NCBI GenBank assembly: GCA_002478265.1
Contig: DLNC01000026.1
Span: 6,792-70,791 of the forward strand
From: Syntrophaceae bacterium UBA7520
GTDB lineage: Bacteria > Desulfobacterota > Syntrophia > Syntrophales > Smithellaceae
Reading direction: 5' to 3'
DNA: 64,000 nt
Positions 44,325 through 54,164 of the stretch are shown here, one piece after another. Position 1 is the first letter of the stretch, and each line of letters starts with the position of its first letter. Both the position numbers and the translations under genes were made by a program. A model generated the notes under the pieces. It worked only from the letters and a program-made list of their open reading frames with translations, searched no databases and had not been told where the DNA came from.

Positions 44325-45068
44325 TTAGCCCGCTTCAATAATCCGGCGCACTTTTGCTAATTCCAGCTCGTTATCCACTTCCACGGAATCATAGGAAGTT
44401 ACAACAACTTTTATCCTGTAGCCATGCTCCAAAGCCCGCAATTGTTCCAGCGCCTCGAGCCTTTCCAGTTTTCCTTCGGGTAAAGCGGTAAAGACATCCA
44501 GAAAATCCCGGCGATAAGCGTAAATACCGTGATGTTTGTAATAATCGGCGCTGAGCTTTTTATCGCGCACATAGGGAATAGTCGCACGGGAAAAATAAAG
44601 AGCAAAATTATCTTTATCAAAGGCGACTTTCACCGCGTGCGGGTGGGTTATTTCCTCATCCTTAATGATCTTATAAATCAATGTGGACATGAGAATTTTA
44701 TCATCAGCAACGAGCGGCGCGATGACTTCGTCCACCTGCGCCGGTTCAAAAACCGGCTGATCGCCCTGAATGTTCACCACGATGGCGTTATTGGCAAGAT
44801 TCAGTGATTTCACCGCTTCGGCAATCCTGTCCGTGCCGGAACGATGCGCCGCGGAGGTCATGATGGCGTTGCCGCCGAATTTTTTCACAGCCTGAAAAAT
44901 TCTTTCATCATCCGTGGCTACTGCCACGTAGGGAAGCGCCTTGGCGCGCGAGGCGCGCTCGTAAACATGCTGAATCATCGGCTTGCCGCACAAATCGGCC
45001 AGAGGCTTGCCCGGGAAACGGCTCGATTCAAAACGCGCGGGAATGACACAGACGATATCTCTTTTCAC
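44325..45068 (-). CDS. kdsB: 3-deoxy-manno-octulosonate cytidylyltransferase
   Basis: VIPARFESSRFPGKPL N-terminus and an NIQGDQP block. Confidence 0.9.
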   Translation of the reverse strand: MKRDIVCVIPARFESSRFPGKPLADLCGKPMIQHVYERASRAKALPYVAVATDDERIFQAVKKFGGNAIMTSAAHRSGTDRIAEAVKSLNLANNAIVVNIQGDQPVFEPAQVDEVIAPLVADDKILMSTLIYKIIKDEEITHPHAVKVAFDKDNFALYFSRATIPYVRDKKLSADYYKHHGIYAYRRDFLDVFTALPEGKLERLEALEQLRALEHGYRIKVVVTSYDSVEVDNELELAKVRRIIEAG

Positions 45069-45070
45069 TT

Positions 45071-46048
45071 TTATCTTCCTAAATATGGATCCGGATTCTG
45101 CAGGTAATTCACCACGTAATCGCGCACGGTTTCTTCCAGCGGAGCGAAATTAACCGCGTAACCGGCGGTTTTGAGTTTGTTCATTTGCGCTTCGGTAAAA
45201 TACTGATACTGTTTGCGGATTGCCTCCGGCATTTCCACAAATTGAATATTTGTTTTTCTTTCCATGGCGGCAAATACGGCTTTGATCAGATCCTTCCAAG
45301 TGCGGGCTTTGCCGGTTCCCAGGTTATAGATACCGTTAGCGTCGGGATTGTTCAAAAACCACCACATTACATCCACGCAGTCTTTAATGTAAACGAAATC
45401 ACGCAACTGGCCGCCGTGGGGATATTCTTTTTTATACGATTTAAAAAGGCGGGCTTTACCAGTTTCTCTGATTTGGTTAAACGCTTTATAAATAACGCTT
45501 GTCATGTCGCCCTTGTGGTATTCGTTGGGACCAAAAACATTGAAAAACTTGATACCTGTCATTTTGTTTTCCAGTTTGTTTTTTAACACCCACAAATCAA
45601 ATACATGCTTGGAATATCCGTACATGTTAATCGGCTTGAGCGAACCGATCTTTTCATGGTCATCCGAAAATCCCAAGGTGCCGTCACCATAGGTCGCGGC
45701 GGAACTGGCGTAAATAAAGCGGATATTATGGCGCAAAGACCATTCCGCAACTCTGCGGCTGTACAGGTAATTATTTTCCCACAAATAATCGGCGTCACGT
45801 TCCGTGGTGGAGGAACACGCCCCCATGTGGATAACAGCCCTGACTTTCCACGGCCCTTTATCCTCCTGTACAATTTTAATGAAGTCATCTTTATGCAGAC
45901 AATCGGTGAAGCGGCGATTGACCAGGTTCTTCCATTTATCGTCGCTGCCCAGCTGATCCACAATGATGATGTCATCAACGCCCTGCTGGTTGAGCTTCCA
46001 GACAAAAGCACTGCCGATAAATCCCGCGCCGCCGGTAACAATAATCAT
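45071..46048 (-). CDS. hldD: ADP-L-glycero-D-manno-heptose 6-epimerase
   Basis: IIVTGGAGFIGS Rossmann motif, YGYSK catalytic motif, 325 aa. Confidence 0.85.
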   Translation of the reverse strand: MIIVTGGAGFIGSAFVWKLNQQGVDDIIIVDQLGSDDKWKNLVNRRFTDCLHKDDFIKIVQEDKGPWKVRAVIHMGACSSTTERDADYLWENNYLYSRRVAEWSLRHNIRFIYASSAATYGDGTLGFSDDHEKIGSLKPINMYGYSKHVFDLWVLKNKLENKMTGIKFFNVFGPNEYHKGDMTSVIYKAFNQIRETGKARLFKSYKKEYPHGGQLRDFVYIKDCVDVMWWFLNNPDANGIYNLGTGKARTWKDLIKAVFAAMERKTNIQFVEMPEAIRKQYQYFTEAQMNKLKTAGYAVNFAPLEETVRDYVVNYLQNPDPYLGR

Positions 46049-46132
46049 TAAATTGCCCTCAGATATTAATTTTATGCGGGATTAGTAATACTGAAAGGCA
46101 CTGATGTCAATAAAGATTATTTATTCTTTGAA

Positions 46133-46166
46133 TAAAAAAACCCCTCAGGGCGCAGGCCCTGAGGGG
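46133..46166 (-). terminator. Rho-independent terminator for the small membrane-protein gene
   Basis: Minus-strand RNA CCCCUCAGGGC-CUGC-GCCCUGAGGGG followed by U8, ~40 nt after the stop at 46205. Confidence 0.8.
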
Positions 46167-46204
46167 AATGTTGCACAGATCATGACGACTTTGGCAAAAG
46201 GCGA

Positions 46205-46480
46205 TCAGGTTACGATCGTTTTCACCAGTTCGATGACCGGGTTAGTGAAGAGAGCCATGAGCGCCGTGTAGAGAGCGAAAGCGCCGACAGCTTCAGTTGT
46301 GTACATTTTATGGTATTTTCTTTTCATTTGAACCAGCAGAAGGCCGCCGACAATCAGCATGCCCAGCTGAAAATAGGGGAAATTAGCCGCGCCCCCGACC
46401 GCGTATTCGGCGAAAGCGAATGTTGCCGTTAAGAGAACCGCGACCACCGCTACTGTGATTGTTCCTATTGTCTTTTTCAT
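46205..46480 (-). CDS. Small membrane protein (91 aa, signal peptide + 2 TM), unknown function
   Basis: AAAGGAGG SD 8 nt upstream of the ATG. It has its own terminator and promoter-like element, so it is probably monocistronic. Confidence 0.6.
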   Translation of the reverse strand: MKKTIGTITVAVVAVLLTATFAFAEYAVGGAANFPYFQLGMLIVGGLLLVQMKRKYHKMYTTEAVGAFALYTALMALFTNPVIELVKTIVT

Positions 46481-46519
46481 GATCTGTTACCTCCTTTTGT
46501 TTTGTTTGACTTTATTTAA

Positions 46520-46535
46520 TGAAAAATGCGTGCCA
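46520..46535 (-). promoter_or_regulatory. Sigma54-like promoter candidate (perfect -24, imperfect -12)
   Basis: The minus strand reads TGGCACGCATTTTTCA. The -24 TGGCACG is exact; the -12 is TTTCA instead of TTGCA. It lies ~40 nt upstream of the ATG at 46480. Confidence 0.4.
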
Positions 46536-46711
46536 AAAAATAAAAAAATTTCAAAAAACATCGTAACATGCTGATAATAAAAGATTATATTGCTGACTGC
46601 TGGTCAAGTTAGCGGCTGATAAATTCCTTTTGCGGAGGAAAATCTGAATGAAACGTTTAAATAAATTGCACGAAATATAAAAGGCCGCAGAGTAAGGAGG
46701 TCTCTTGGGGT

Positions 46712-47389
46712 TTAATTTTTGAGTATTATCCGGGCATCGGCAATGACGCATGACTTTGCACCGCACATGACCGGATTCAGATCAATTGACTCAACAAAAT
46801 CACGCATTTCCATGACCAAGCGGGAAAAGCCGAGAATGGTTTTTTTCAGCGCCGAAATGCTGACCGCTTCCTCGCCCCGGTATCCGGCAAGAAGCTTGCG
46901 GGCAGCAAGTTCATTTAGCATATTATCAACATCGCGATTTTTCAGCGGCGCCATTCTCAGAGAAATATCTTTATAAATTTCCACGCCGACACCGCCCATG
47001 CCCACCATAATCATCGGGCCGAACTGAACATCGTTTTTAGCGCCGATAATCAGCTCCAATCCTTTTACCATCTCCGCGATCAGCATGCCGGCAAAGGCTT
47101 CCATTTTTTGAAACCGCGCGAGCGTGGCCAATAAAGTTTTTTCGTCCTTGATGCCAACGACCACGCCTTTCACATCCGACTTATGCACAATGGCGGGCGA
47201 AACGATTTTCGCCACTACAGGGTAACCGATTTTGCGGACAACAGATAAAGCATCAGTGCTGTTTTTCGCCACAGAGTATTTCGGCGTGTCAAAACCGTAA
47301 AGGGAAAATATTTTCTGCGCGTCAGGCTCAAGCACCCAGCCCCACTGTTTTGATTTGCGCAAAATCTGCTTTATTTCTTTTTTCAGCAT
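46712..47389 (-). CDS. ADP-forming acetyl-CoA synthetase, beta (ATP-grasp) subunit
   Basis: GYPVVAKIVSPAIVHKSDVKGV ATP-grasp block. 7-bp overlap with the alpha subunit gene. Confidence 0.75.
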   Translation of the reverse strand: MLKKEIKQILRKSKQWGWVLEPDAQKIFSLYGFDTPKYSVAKNSTDALSVVRKIGYPVVAKIVSPAIVHKSDVKGVVVGIKDEKTLLATLARFQKMEAFAGMLIAEMVKGLELIIGAKNDVQFGPMIMVGMGGVGVEIYKDISLRMAPLKNRDVDNMLNELAARKLLAGYRGEEAVSISALKKTILGFSRLVMEMRDFVESIDLNPVMCGAKSCVIADARIILKN

Positions 47390-48750
47390 GGTTTTTTCCT
47401 CGCCAGGGCTTTGGCCATCTGCACCGCTCCCTCGATGGAGGGAGACACTGGTGTGCCGTTTAACTCGAACCCGTCAATCATCATGTTATATTTTTCGACG
47501 TGCGGGATATACGCGATAATCGGTTTTCTGAACTGTTTTTGCACCTGACTCAGCCGCACACCGATATCCAGCGTAACCCCCGGCAGATATGGCAGAAGCA
47601 ATACCATAATACAGTCGACTTCACGCGTCGCGGAAAGAGTTTTGGCGCAGGTGACAAAATCTTCGTCCACCGCGCTGCCGGTCAAATCAATCGGGTTGCT
47701 CAACGACGCGATAGAACGAATATTGCCGGTCAGTTTCTTTCTTAAATCAGCCTGCATCATTTGCGAAAGCTGCGGCACGGTTAGCTTTGCCCCCGCGCAG
47801 GAATCAACCGCCATCGCGCCGTGACCGCCGCTGCCGGTAATAATGCCGATTTTCCCGTCGATGGGCTGCGTGTAGGAACTTAATACCTCACAAAAAGAAA
47901 CAAGTTCCTGTTCGTTGGCCGCCTCAACTATGTTGTGCTGGGCCACAGCCGCGGCGAAGCTGGCATAATCACCCGCGAGCGATGCCGTGTGGCTGGAAAC
48001 GGCGCGGTGCCCCTCCTCGCTTTTTCCCGCCTTCATGATGATAACAGGTTTGGGAGAACAGTCCGCCGCCAGCACAAATTCGCGCCCTTCGCCTTCGTTG
48101 AATCCCTCCACGTAAAAAGCGATAACTTTCGTCGCCGGGTCGGCTAGTAGGTATTTGAGCAAATCAATTTCCCTGATCAAAGCCTTGTTGCCGATGCTGA
48201 CGGCTTTGGACATGCCCACACCCTGCTGCGTGAACTTGATCATCTGATCCACCAGAATACCGCCGCTCTGGCTGACAAAAGCGACATTGCCGGGGCTGGG
48301 CTTGATCATTCGTTCGATGGGCAGGAAAAACGTATCCACGCGAAACGGCACATACAGGCCCAGGCAGTTCGGCCCGAGAAAAGGAAATTTTGCTTCCTGG
48401 GCGATGGCCACAACGCGTTCCTGCAGATCGGAGCGCCCGCCTTCGGTAAACCCGCCCGAAATTACCGCCGCAGCTTTCACTCCTGCCCTGATGCAGTCGG
48501 TTATGATCGCGGGCACAAACTCCGCCCGCGCCGCGATAATCGCCAAGTCGATTTTTTTGGGAATATCCGCGACACGCGGATACAGAGTTTCTCCGTGCAG
48601 TGTGCCGCCTTTGGGATTAACGCCAAAAACCTCGACAGGATAACGGTGATTGTTTTTTTCAAAAATCACGTTTGCCGGATGGCGTTGGTTGGTTGCCGAA
48701 ACGCCGAATACCGCCAGCGTCCGGGGCTCAAATAACGGCTTTAGATTCAT
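47383..48750 (-). CDS. ADP-forming acetyl-CoA synthetase, alpha (CoA-binding/ligase-CoA) subunit
   Basis: LAVFGVS CoA-binding start, VSQSGG, and the phospho-His loop SSHTASLAG. Confidence 0.8.
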   Translation of the reverse strand: MNLKPLFEPRTLAVFGVSATNQRHPANVIFEKNNHRYPVEVFGVNPKGGTLHGETLYPRVADIPKKIDLAIIAARAEFVPAIITDCIRAGVKAAAVISGGFTEGGRSDLQERVVAIAQEAKFPFLGPNCLGLYVPFRVDTFFLPIERMIKPSPGNVAFVSQSGGILVDQMIKFTQQGVGMSKAVSIGNKALIREIDLLKYLLADPATKVIAFYVEGFNEGEGREFVLAADCSPKPVIIMKAGKSEEGHRAVSSHTASLAGDYASFAAAVAQHNIVEAANEQELVSFCEVLSSYTQPIDGKIGIITGSGGHGAMAVDSCAGAKLTVPQLSQMMQADLRKKLTGNIRSIASLSNPIDLTGSAVDEDFVTCAKTLSATREVDCIMVLLLPYLPGVTLDIGVRLSQVQKQFRKPIIAYIPHVEKYNMMIDGFELNGTPVSPSIEGAVQMAKALARKKPC

Positions 48751-48780
48751 GAATGCTCCTTTTTAAAAAAACCGCGTTCA

Positions 48781-49635
48781 TCAATGCCTGCTGATTGGTC
48801 CGTCTTCCGTCATCACCTGGTAAGAATCATCTCGTTTGATAATGAGAAAATTAATCTGCCGGCCGGTTATTCCGCCGGAGCCGCGGTGCGAAAAAAACCT
48901 GTCCTGATTACAAACGGTGCAAAGGTCTGATACATCGATATTTGCTTCACCAATCCCGCTTTCCACAAGCTGTCGGCGATTGGCCTCGGCCAGATTCAGC
49001 GTCCACTTGCCCGCTTTTTTGCCAGTAGACAAAAAAAGCTCGTGGTTATGAAGATTCAGAAATTCATCCGCGACTACCTTATCTACCTGGTAGCAGCACG
49101 GGCCGATAGAGGGGCCGATTGCCGCCAACATGTCCTGCGGTGAAGAACCGTAATTAGCCCGCAGCAAGCGCACGGCTTTAGCGCTGATGCCCAATGCGCT
49201 ACCGCGCCAGCCGGCATGAACCGCCGCAATCACTTTTTTTGCCCGATCAACGATAAATACCGGCACACAATCCGCCGTTTTAACGCAAATTGCCAGATCG
49301 GCGCGGTTGGTTATGATGGCGTCATAATCCAGTTCCGCACGCGAGGAAAAATATCCGCCGTAAGGTTTGACAATAAATATATCGTCCTTATGCACCTGAT
49401 TGACGACTAAAAACTGCTCCAGAGAAATGTCAAAAGCCGCGGCCAGCCGCCCCCAATTCTGCAAAACGTGATTGTCTTCGTCTCCTTCCTTAAAGCTCAT
49501 GTTGAGGCTTTTATAATCACCCTGCGAAACGCCGCCGCGTCTGGTGCAAAAGGCGTGCGTCAAAAAAGCGCAGCGAGCCAACAGTGATGATTGCAGACAT
49601 TCTATTTGTCCCGCTTTAAAAAAGGAAAACATCAA
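48781..49635 (-). CDS. pgeF: YfiH/PgeF-family (laccase-domain) protein
   Basis: TADCVPV, HAGWRG, CTVCNQDRFFSHR. Confidence 0.85.
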   Translation of the reverse strand: MMFSFFKAGQIECLQSSLLARCAFLTHAFCTRRGGVSQGDYKSLNMSFKEGDEDNHVLQNWGRLAAAFDISLEQFLVVNQVHKDDIFIVKPYGGYFSSRAELDYDAIITNRADLAICVKTADCVPVFIVDRAKKVIAAVHAGWRGSALGISAKAVRLLRANYGSSPQDMLAAIGPSIGPCCYQVDKVVADEFLNLHNHELFLSTGKKAGKWTLNLAEANRRQLVESGIGEANIDVSDLCTVCNQDRFFSHRGSGGITGRQINFLIIKRDDSYQVMTEDGPISRH

Positions 49636-50642
49636 AGCTCCTTTAAGGAGTCTTTCCAGCTTTTGTTAATACCTTCTGACGGATTAACACCGGCAAATTT
49701 GCGCAGCGCCTGACAAAGCTCTTGCAAATCATCCGGCATATCAGCGGCAAAAATTACTCTCTGGCCGGTAAGCGGGTGCAGAAAGGAAATTTTTGCGGCA
49801 TGCAGCGCCTGCCGGTTTAATTTTTTCAATGCGTTTTTCACTTCGGAATTTTTAATATCTCGCATTTTCCCCGATCCGCCGTAAACACTGTCGCCAATCA
49901 CTCCGTAACCGCGAGATGATAGGTGCACGCGGATTTGGTGTGTCCGACCCGTCTTTATTTCTACATCAAGTAACGTGGCAATACCATATCTTTCGCGTGC
50001 CTTCCAAAATGTCAGTGCGTCTTTCCCGCGCTTGCTCTTTGTGGACATTTTTTTACGATCGGTTGCATGGCGGCCCACCGGCAGAAATATTTCTCCGGTA
50101 TTGCCTTTGACATCGCCCCAGACCAGCACCTGGTAAGTTTTGTGCACCTCGTGCTTTTCAAACTGCGCGGAAAGGCTGCGATGCGCCGCATCCGTTTTTG
50201 CCGCAACAATTAATCCTGATGTTCCTTTATCGAGACGATGCACGATTCCGGGGCGGATAACCCCGCCGATGCCGGAAAGATTCTTACAATGAAAAAGGAG
50301 CGCGTTGACCAGCGTTTGATCGGGATTGCCTGCGGCCGGATGCACCACCATGCCCGCCGGTTTGTTAACGATAATAATCGCCTCGTCTTCATAAATAATA
50401 TCCAGCGGGATGTCCTGCGCCACGGCAATGGCTTCCTTGACCGGCTTCAGCGTTAGTTCAACAATATCTCCTTCTTTTAATTTTTGGCTGACTTTGGGCG
50501 CGAGGCCATTGACCAGAACATCGCCTTCTTCCACAACATGCTTTATCTGTGACCGCGACAGACCTGTTTCTTTTTGCACCAAAAACACATCGAGGCGCTG
50601 GCCGCTGTCTGTGCTGTCAATCGTAAAACGAATTATTTTCAC
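49632..50642 (-). CDS. rluD: RluA-family 23S rRNA pseudouridine synthase (RluD-like)
   Basis: S4-like N-terminus (GQRLDVFL) and catalytic block HRLDKGTSGLIV. The GTG at 50642 avoids the 74-nt overlap with selA implied by the ORF-track start at 50735. Confidence 0.8.
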   Translation of the reverse strand: MKIIRFTIDSTDSGQRLDVFLVQKETGLSRSQIKHVVEEGDVLVNGLAPKVSQKLKEGDIVELTLKPVKEAIAVAQDIPLDIIYEDEAIIIVNKPAGMVVHPAAGNPDQTLVNALLFHCKNLSGIGGVIRPGIVHRLDKGTSGLIVAAKTDAAHRSLSAQFEKHEVHKTYQVLVWGDVKGNTGEIFLPVGRHATDRKKMSTKSKRGKDALTFWKARERYGIATLLDVEIKTGRTHQIRVHLSSRGYGVIGDSVYGGSGKMRDIKNSEVKNALKKLNRQALHAAKISFLHPLTGQRVIFAADMPDDLQELCQALRKFAGVNPSEGINKSWKDSLKEL

Positions 50643-50661
50643 TGCAGCTATTACCTGAAAA

Positions 50662-52077
50662 TTAACCGGAAACAATATTTTTGAGACCCTCGGCAATAAA
50701 AACAAATTCATCTTCAGAGACGGTGCGCGGGTCAAGCAGGACTTCGTCTTTATCCACGCGCACGATTACCGGCATCTCAAGCGCGCGCAGTTTTTCTTCG
50801 ATGCGCCCGGCGGACATCTTTTTGCTTTTGATGCCGATTAAAACCGTGGGAATTTTCTGCGTGGGGAGCGAGCCGCCGCCGGCGGTGGAAAAGCCATCGC
50901 GCAGGCTCAATTCCAGCCCAGCATAATTTTCTTTCTGTAATTTGTTAAACAGTTTGCGCGCGCGTATTTTGACATCGGCAACAGGTTCGGTCAAGGCTTT
51001 CAGCGGGCGCAGTTTTTTGACCGCCTGCGCGGCATCAAGATAATGCATCAGCGTCGCCTCCAGCGCGGCCAGCGTGAATTTATCTATCCTTAACGCGCGA
51101 TTGAGAGGATTCTTTTTGATTTTGGCGAGTATTTTTTTCCCGCCGACGATGATGCCCGCCTGCGGCCCGCCCAGAAGCTTATCGCCGCTGAAGGTCACCA
51201 CGTCAACACCGGCTTTCAAGACTTCCCGTACTGTGGGTTCGTGCTCCAATCCATAATTTTCTAGATTGATCAGACAGCCGCTGCCCAGATCGTTCATCAC
51301 CGGTATGCGCTTCTTTTTGCCTAACGTCACCAGTTCTTCAATTTCCGCCTCTTCAGTAAAACCGATAATGCGGTAATTGCTGGTATGCACCTTCATAATC
51401 AGGCCGGTTTCTTTGTTTATCGCTTTTTCATAATCTTTCAGGCGCGTGCGGTTGGTTGTGCCCACTTCCCGCAGGCGCGTGGCGCTTTTGCTCATCACTT
51501 CCGGTATGCGAAATTCGCCGCCGATTTCAATAAGCTCGCCGCGCGAAACGATCGCTTCTTTGCCTTCCGCCAAAGTGTTGATGACCAAAAGCACCGCTGC
51601 GGCGTTGTTATTGACAATCAACGCGTCTTCCGCGCCGGTTAAGGCACAAAGTAGGCGGCTGGCATGGTCATAACGCTGTCCGCGCTCGCCCCTTGTTAAA
51701 TCAAATTCCAGATTGGAATAACCACGTCCCACTTCATTAATTCTTTGCAGCGCCTCCGGGCACAAAGGCGCGCGTCCTAAATTAGTGTGCAGAATAACGC
51801 CTGTTGCATTGACCACCCGGCGCAGGTTATATGTGTGCAAATTTTTTATGTTTTGGTAAATTTTCCCGGCGACATCTTTGGCTTCCAGCACTATTGCATC
51901 ACGTGCGTCTTTTCTGCCGCCGGTGATTTTCTCCCGCAAGGCCTGCACGGTTTTGCGGCAGATTTCTTTGACCAGCGCGCGCGGCGCCAGCGCGTAAACA
52001 TCCTGCTTTTCCAGGAGAAGCAGCAATTCGTCGATTTTCGGCAGCTCTTTCAAAAGTCTCTTTGTTTTTTTATCCAT
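50662..52077 (-). CDS. selA: L-seryl-tRNA(Sec) selenium transferase (selenocysteine synthase)
   Basis: LKELPKIDELL N-terminus, NLEFDLTRGERGQR, and the PLP-Lys block VTFSGDKLLGGPQAGII. The ATG at 52077 (MDKKTK) avoids overlap with the upstream gene. Confidence 0.85.
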   Translation of the reverse strand: MDKKTKRLLKELPKIDELLLLLEKQDVYALAPRALVKEICRKTVQALREKITGGRKDARDAIVLEAKDVAGKIYQNIKNLHTYNLRRVVNATGVILHTNLGRAPLCPEALQRINEVGRGYSNLEFDLTRGERGQRYDHASRLLCALTGAEDALIVNNNAAAVLLVINTLAEGKEAIVSRGELIEIGGEFRIPEVMSKSATRLREVGTTNRTRLKDYEKAINKETGLIMKVHTSNYRIIGFTEEAEIEELVTLGKKKRIPVMNDLGSGCLINLENYGLEHEPTVREVLKAGVDVVTFSGDKLLGGPQAGIIVGGKKILAKIKKNPLNRALRIDKFTLAALEATLMHYLDAAQAVKKLRPLKALTEPVADVKIRARKLFNKLQKENYAGLELSLRDGFSTAGGGSLPTQKIPTVLIGIKSKKMSAGRIEEKLRALEMPVIVRVDKDEVLLDPRTVSEDEFVFIAEGLKNIVSG

Positions 52078-52091
52078 ACAAGACCTCTTTT

Positions 52092-53354
52092 TTATACGAT
52101 GCCCGCTTCTTTGCGGCAATAATCGCGGAAATTATTGACGGCGATAAAGAACTCTCTCATCATAATCACCCACAGATAGCGACCCCAAGGAGTTAAGGAT
52201 AAATAGGGCGAAAAATAACGGAAAGCCCGAACTGTTTGAAAAGCGCCTATTTCCTTCCAGAGCGTCTGCGCAAACTTACCTTGATACTTTTCCTCCAGCC
52301 GCGCGATGTCGAGTTTCGTGCTGAACAATTTCATCATGAAATCATAACGCATCCGGTCAGGCAAATCAAAGCTACGCGCGGCCATCAAAGGCAGCTCTTC
52401 CTCATCCAGCAGCTTAATATATTTTTCGATATCAAAGGTGTTGGCATAACAAACGCCGTTCATGTAGCCAATGGCGCCGCTGCCCAGCCCCGCGTATTCA
52501 TCATACTCAACGACGTATTCATCGATCGGCGCTTCCTTGCGCGAAAAACACCAGGCGGAAGAATATTTATATTCTTTTTCCAGGCGGCGCGCGATTAATT
52601 TATAGAGATTATATTCTTTTTTAAAATCAACTTCACCCATCGTTTTCGCCATAAGCTCCCTTGTAATCTGCGATACCATCAGCGGGTAAAAAGTAACCTG
52701 ATCAACTTTTAAATCAAGCAAGACATCCAGATCGGCATTGAGTTCCTGCGGCGTCTGCGCGGGAAGATTAAAAATCATATCAGCGTTTAGTGTGGCAAAC
52801 GCGCCCTGCGTTTCTTTCAGCTTTTGGACAATTTCTTCGCCAGAGCCGTATTTATCCCGACGCCCCATTTTTTCAAGCAGTTCGTCATTAAATGTCTGTA
52901 CGCCAACGGATAGCCGATTTACTTTGCACCTTTGCAATATTTTGATGTTTCTTGCGGTTAAATGATCCGGGTTTGTTTCCACGGATATTTCTCTTACATC
53001 AAAAATATCCCGCGCCAGCTGAAGAGTCTGGGCCAATTCATCAATCAGCACTGTCGGCGTGCCGCCACCTACATAAATACCGCTGAATTTATACCCTTTG
53101 CCGTGGTAAAGAGTGATTTCGCGGCGCAGGGCTGAAAAATATTTTTTGGCGCGTGGGGCGGAGAAAAGAACGCGGTGAAAGGAACAATAGGGACAAAGTT
53201 CCTCGCAAAAAGGTATGTGCAGATACAGCAGGCGGGCTTTATTATCTTCGCAGGGAAGAAGGTCAGGCGGCGCGCCCTCTTCAAAGCGCAGCGCGCGGGA
53301 AAATTCCTCTTTAGCTTTCTTGGTGACGATGCGGCTGATGATGGTTTTTATCAA
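52092..53354 (-). CDS. Radical SAM, coproporphyrinogen-III oxidase (HemN-like) family protein
   Basis: LYLHIPFCEELCPYCSF (CxxxCxxC) and GGGTPT. The start is uncertain. The ORF-track start at 53627 would overlap def on the other strand by 145 nt; the in-frame TTG at 53354 is the only start-like codon upstream of the motif. Confidence 0.7.
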   Translation of the reverse strand: MIKTIISRIVTKKAKEEFSRALRFEEGAPPDLLPCEDNKARLLYLHIPFCEELCPYCSFHRVLFSAPRAKKYFSALRREITLYHGKGYKFSGIYVGGGTPTVLIDELAQTLQLARDIFDVREISVETNPDHLTARNIKILQRCKVNRLSVGVQTFNDELLEKMGRRDKYGSGEEIVQKLKETQGAFATLNADMIFNLPAQTPQELNADLDVLLDLKVDQVTFYPLMVSQITRELMAKTMGEVDFKKEYNLYKLIARRLEKEYKYSSAWCFSRKEAPIDEYVVEYDEYAGLGSGAIGYMNGVCYANTFDIEKYIKLLDEEELPLMAARSFDLPDRMRYDFMMKLFSTKLDIARLEEKYQGKFAQTLWKEIGAFQTVRAFRYFSPYLSLTPWGRYLWVIMMREFFIAVNNFRDYCRKEAGIV

Positions 53355-53482
53355 GGTTCTTATGCTCTTTCTTTTTTCTCTCTTTTTAACAGCAAATGCC
53401 GCCCTTTGGCAAGCTGTGATTGCTTGAAATAACCGCTTATCGATGCTATATCCGAAACATAAATTAATGCGGTGAAAAACAT

Positions 53483-54043
53483 ATGGCAGAAAAAAGGGTT
53501 TTAACTCTCTGGAATAACGAGGGAGTAAACGAAAATGACGCCACCCTGCTGCGGAAAAAATCGAAAGAATTAAACGTGCCGCTGGACAAAGAAGCGCGCG
53601 CCGAAATACAGGTCCTGATTGATTCATTCAAAGACCGCGACGATGCCGTCGGATTGGCCGCGCCGCAGATCGGCATCAATAAAAGAATCATCATCTTCCG
53701 CAACAAAGGTAACGAAGAAGGCGGCAAAAAAAGCGCCGGCGACTTCGAAGTGCTCATCAATCCGCGTATCACACAGGCGCGCGGGGAGAAGGTTACAATG
53801 GCCGAGGGCTGCCTGTCCTGCCCGGAAATACAGGTTGAAGTAAGCAGATTCCCGGAGATCAAGGTGCGCGCGTTCAACGCCCAGGGAGAAAAAGTATCCA
53901 AACGTTATCTGGATTTTGTCGCCCGCGTGGTGCAGCATGAAATCGACCACCTCGACGGCAAGCTGATTGTCGATTACGAGGGAAACCTCTACTATCCCGC
54001 GGAAAAACAAGGTTTCTTCGCGAAAATATTCCAGACCGGTTAA
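53483..54043 (+). CDS. def: Peptide deformylase
   Basis: GLAAPQIG, EGCLSCP, QHEIDHLDG. Confidence 0.9.
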   Translation: MAEKRVLTLWNNEGVNENDATLLRKKSKELNVPLDKEARAEIQVLIDSFKDRDDAVGLAAPQIGINKRIIIFRNKGNEEGGKKSAGDFEVLINPRITQARGEKVTMAEGCLSCPEIQVEVSRFPEIKVRAFNAQGEKVSKRYLDFVARVVQHEIDHLDGKLIVDYEGNLYYPAEKQGFFAKIFQTG

Positions 54044-54164
54044 GCGGTGGAATTTTTTATTTTATAAATCTTGAAATCTCCCCGCTTCTGTTGTAGTAGT
54101 CCTCAAGCACCAACAACAAATAGCATTTATATTTCAGCGTCTTTCCGCATGGAGAAAATATTCT

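Noticed and set aside
53355-53627. First 91 codons of ORF 52092..53627 (HemN-like)
   Set aside because: They would overlap the divergent def gene by 145 nt. The sequence is Arg/Leu/Phe-rich with no homology features. The TTG at 53354 leaves a normal-length radical-SAM protein.
54044-54164. Glycine riboswitch upstream of the gcv operon
   Set aside because: I could not find the conserved GGAGAG...ACCGAAGGGGCAA-type cores in the 120-nt leader. This is not excluded without a covariance-model scan.
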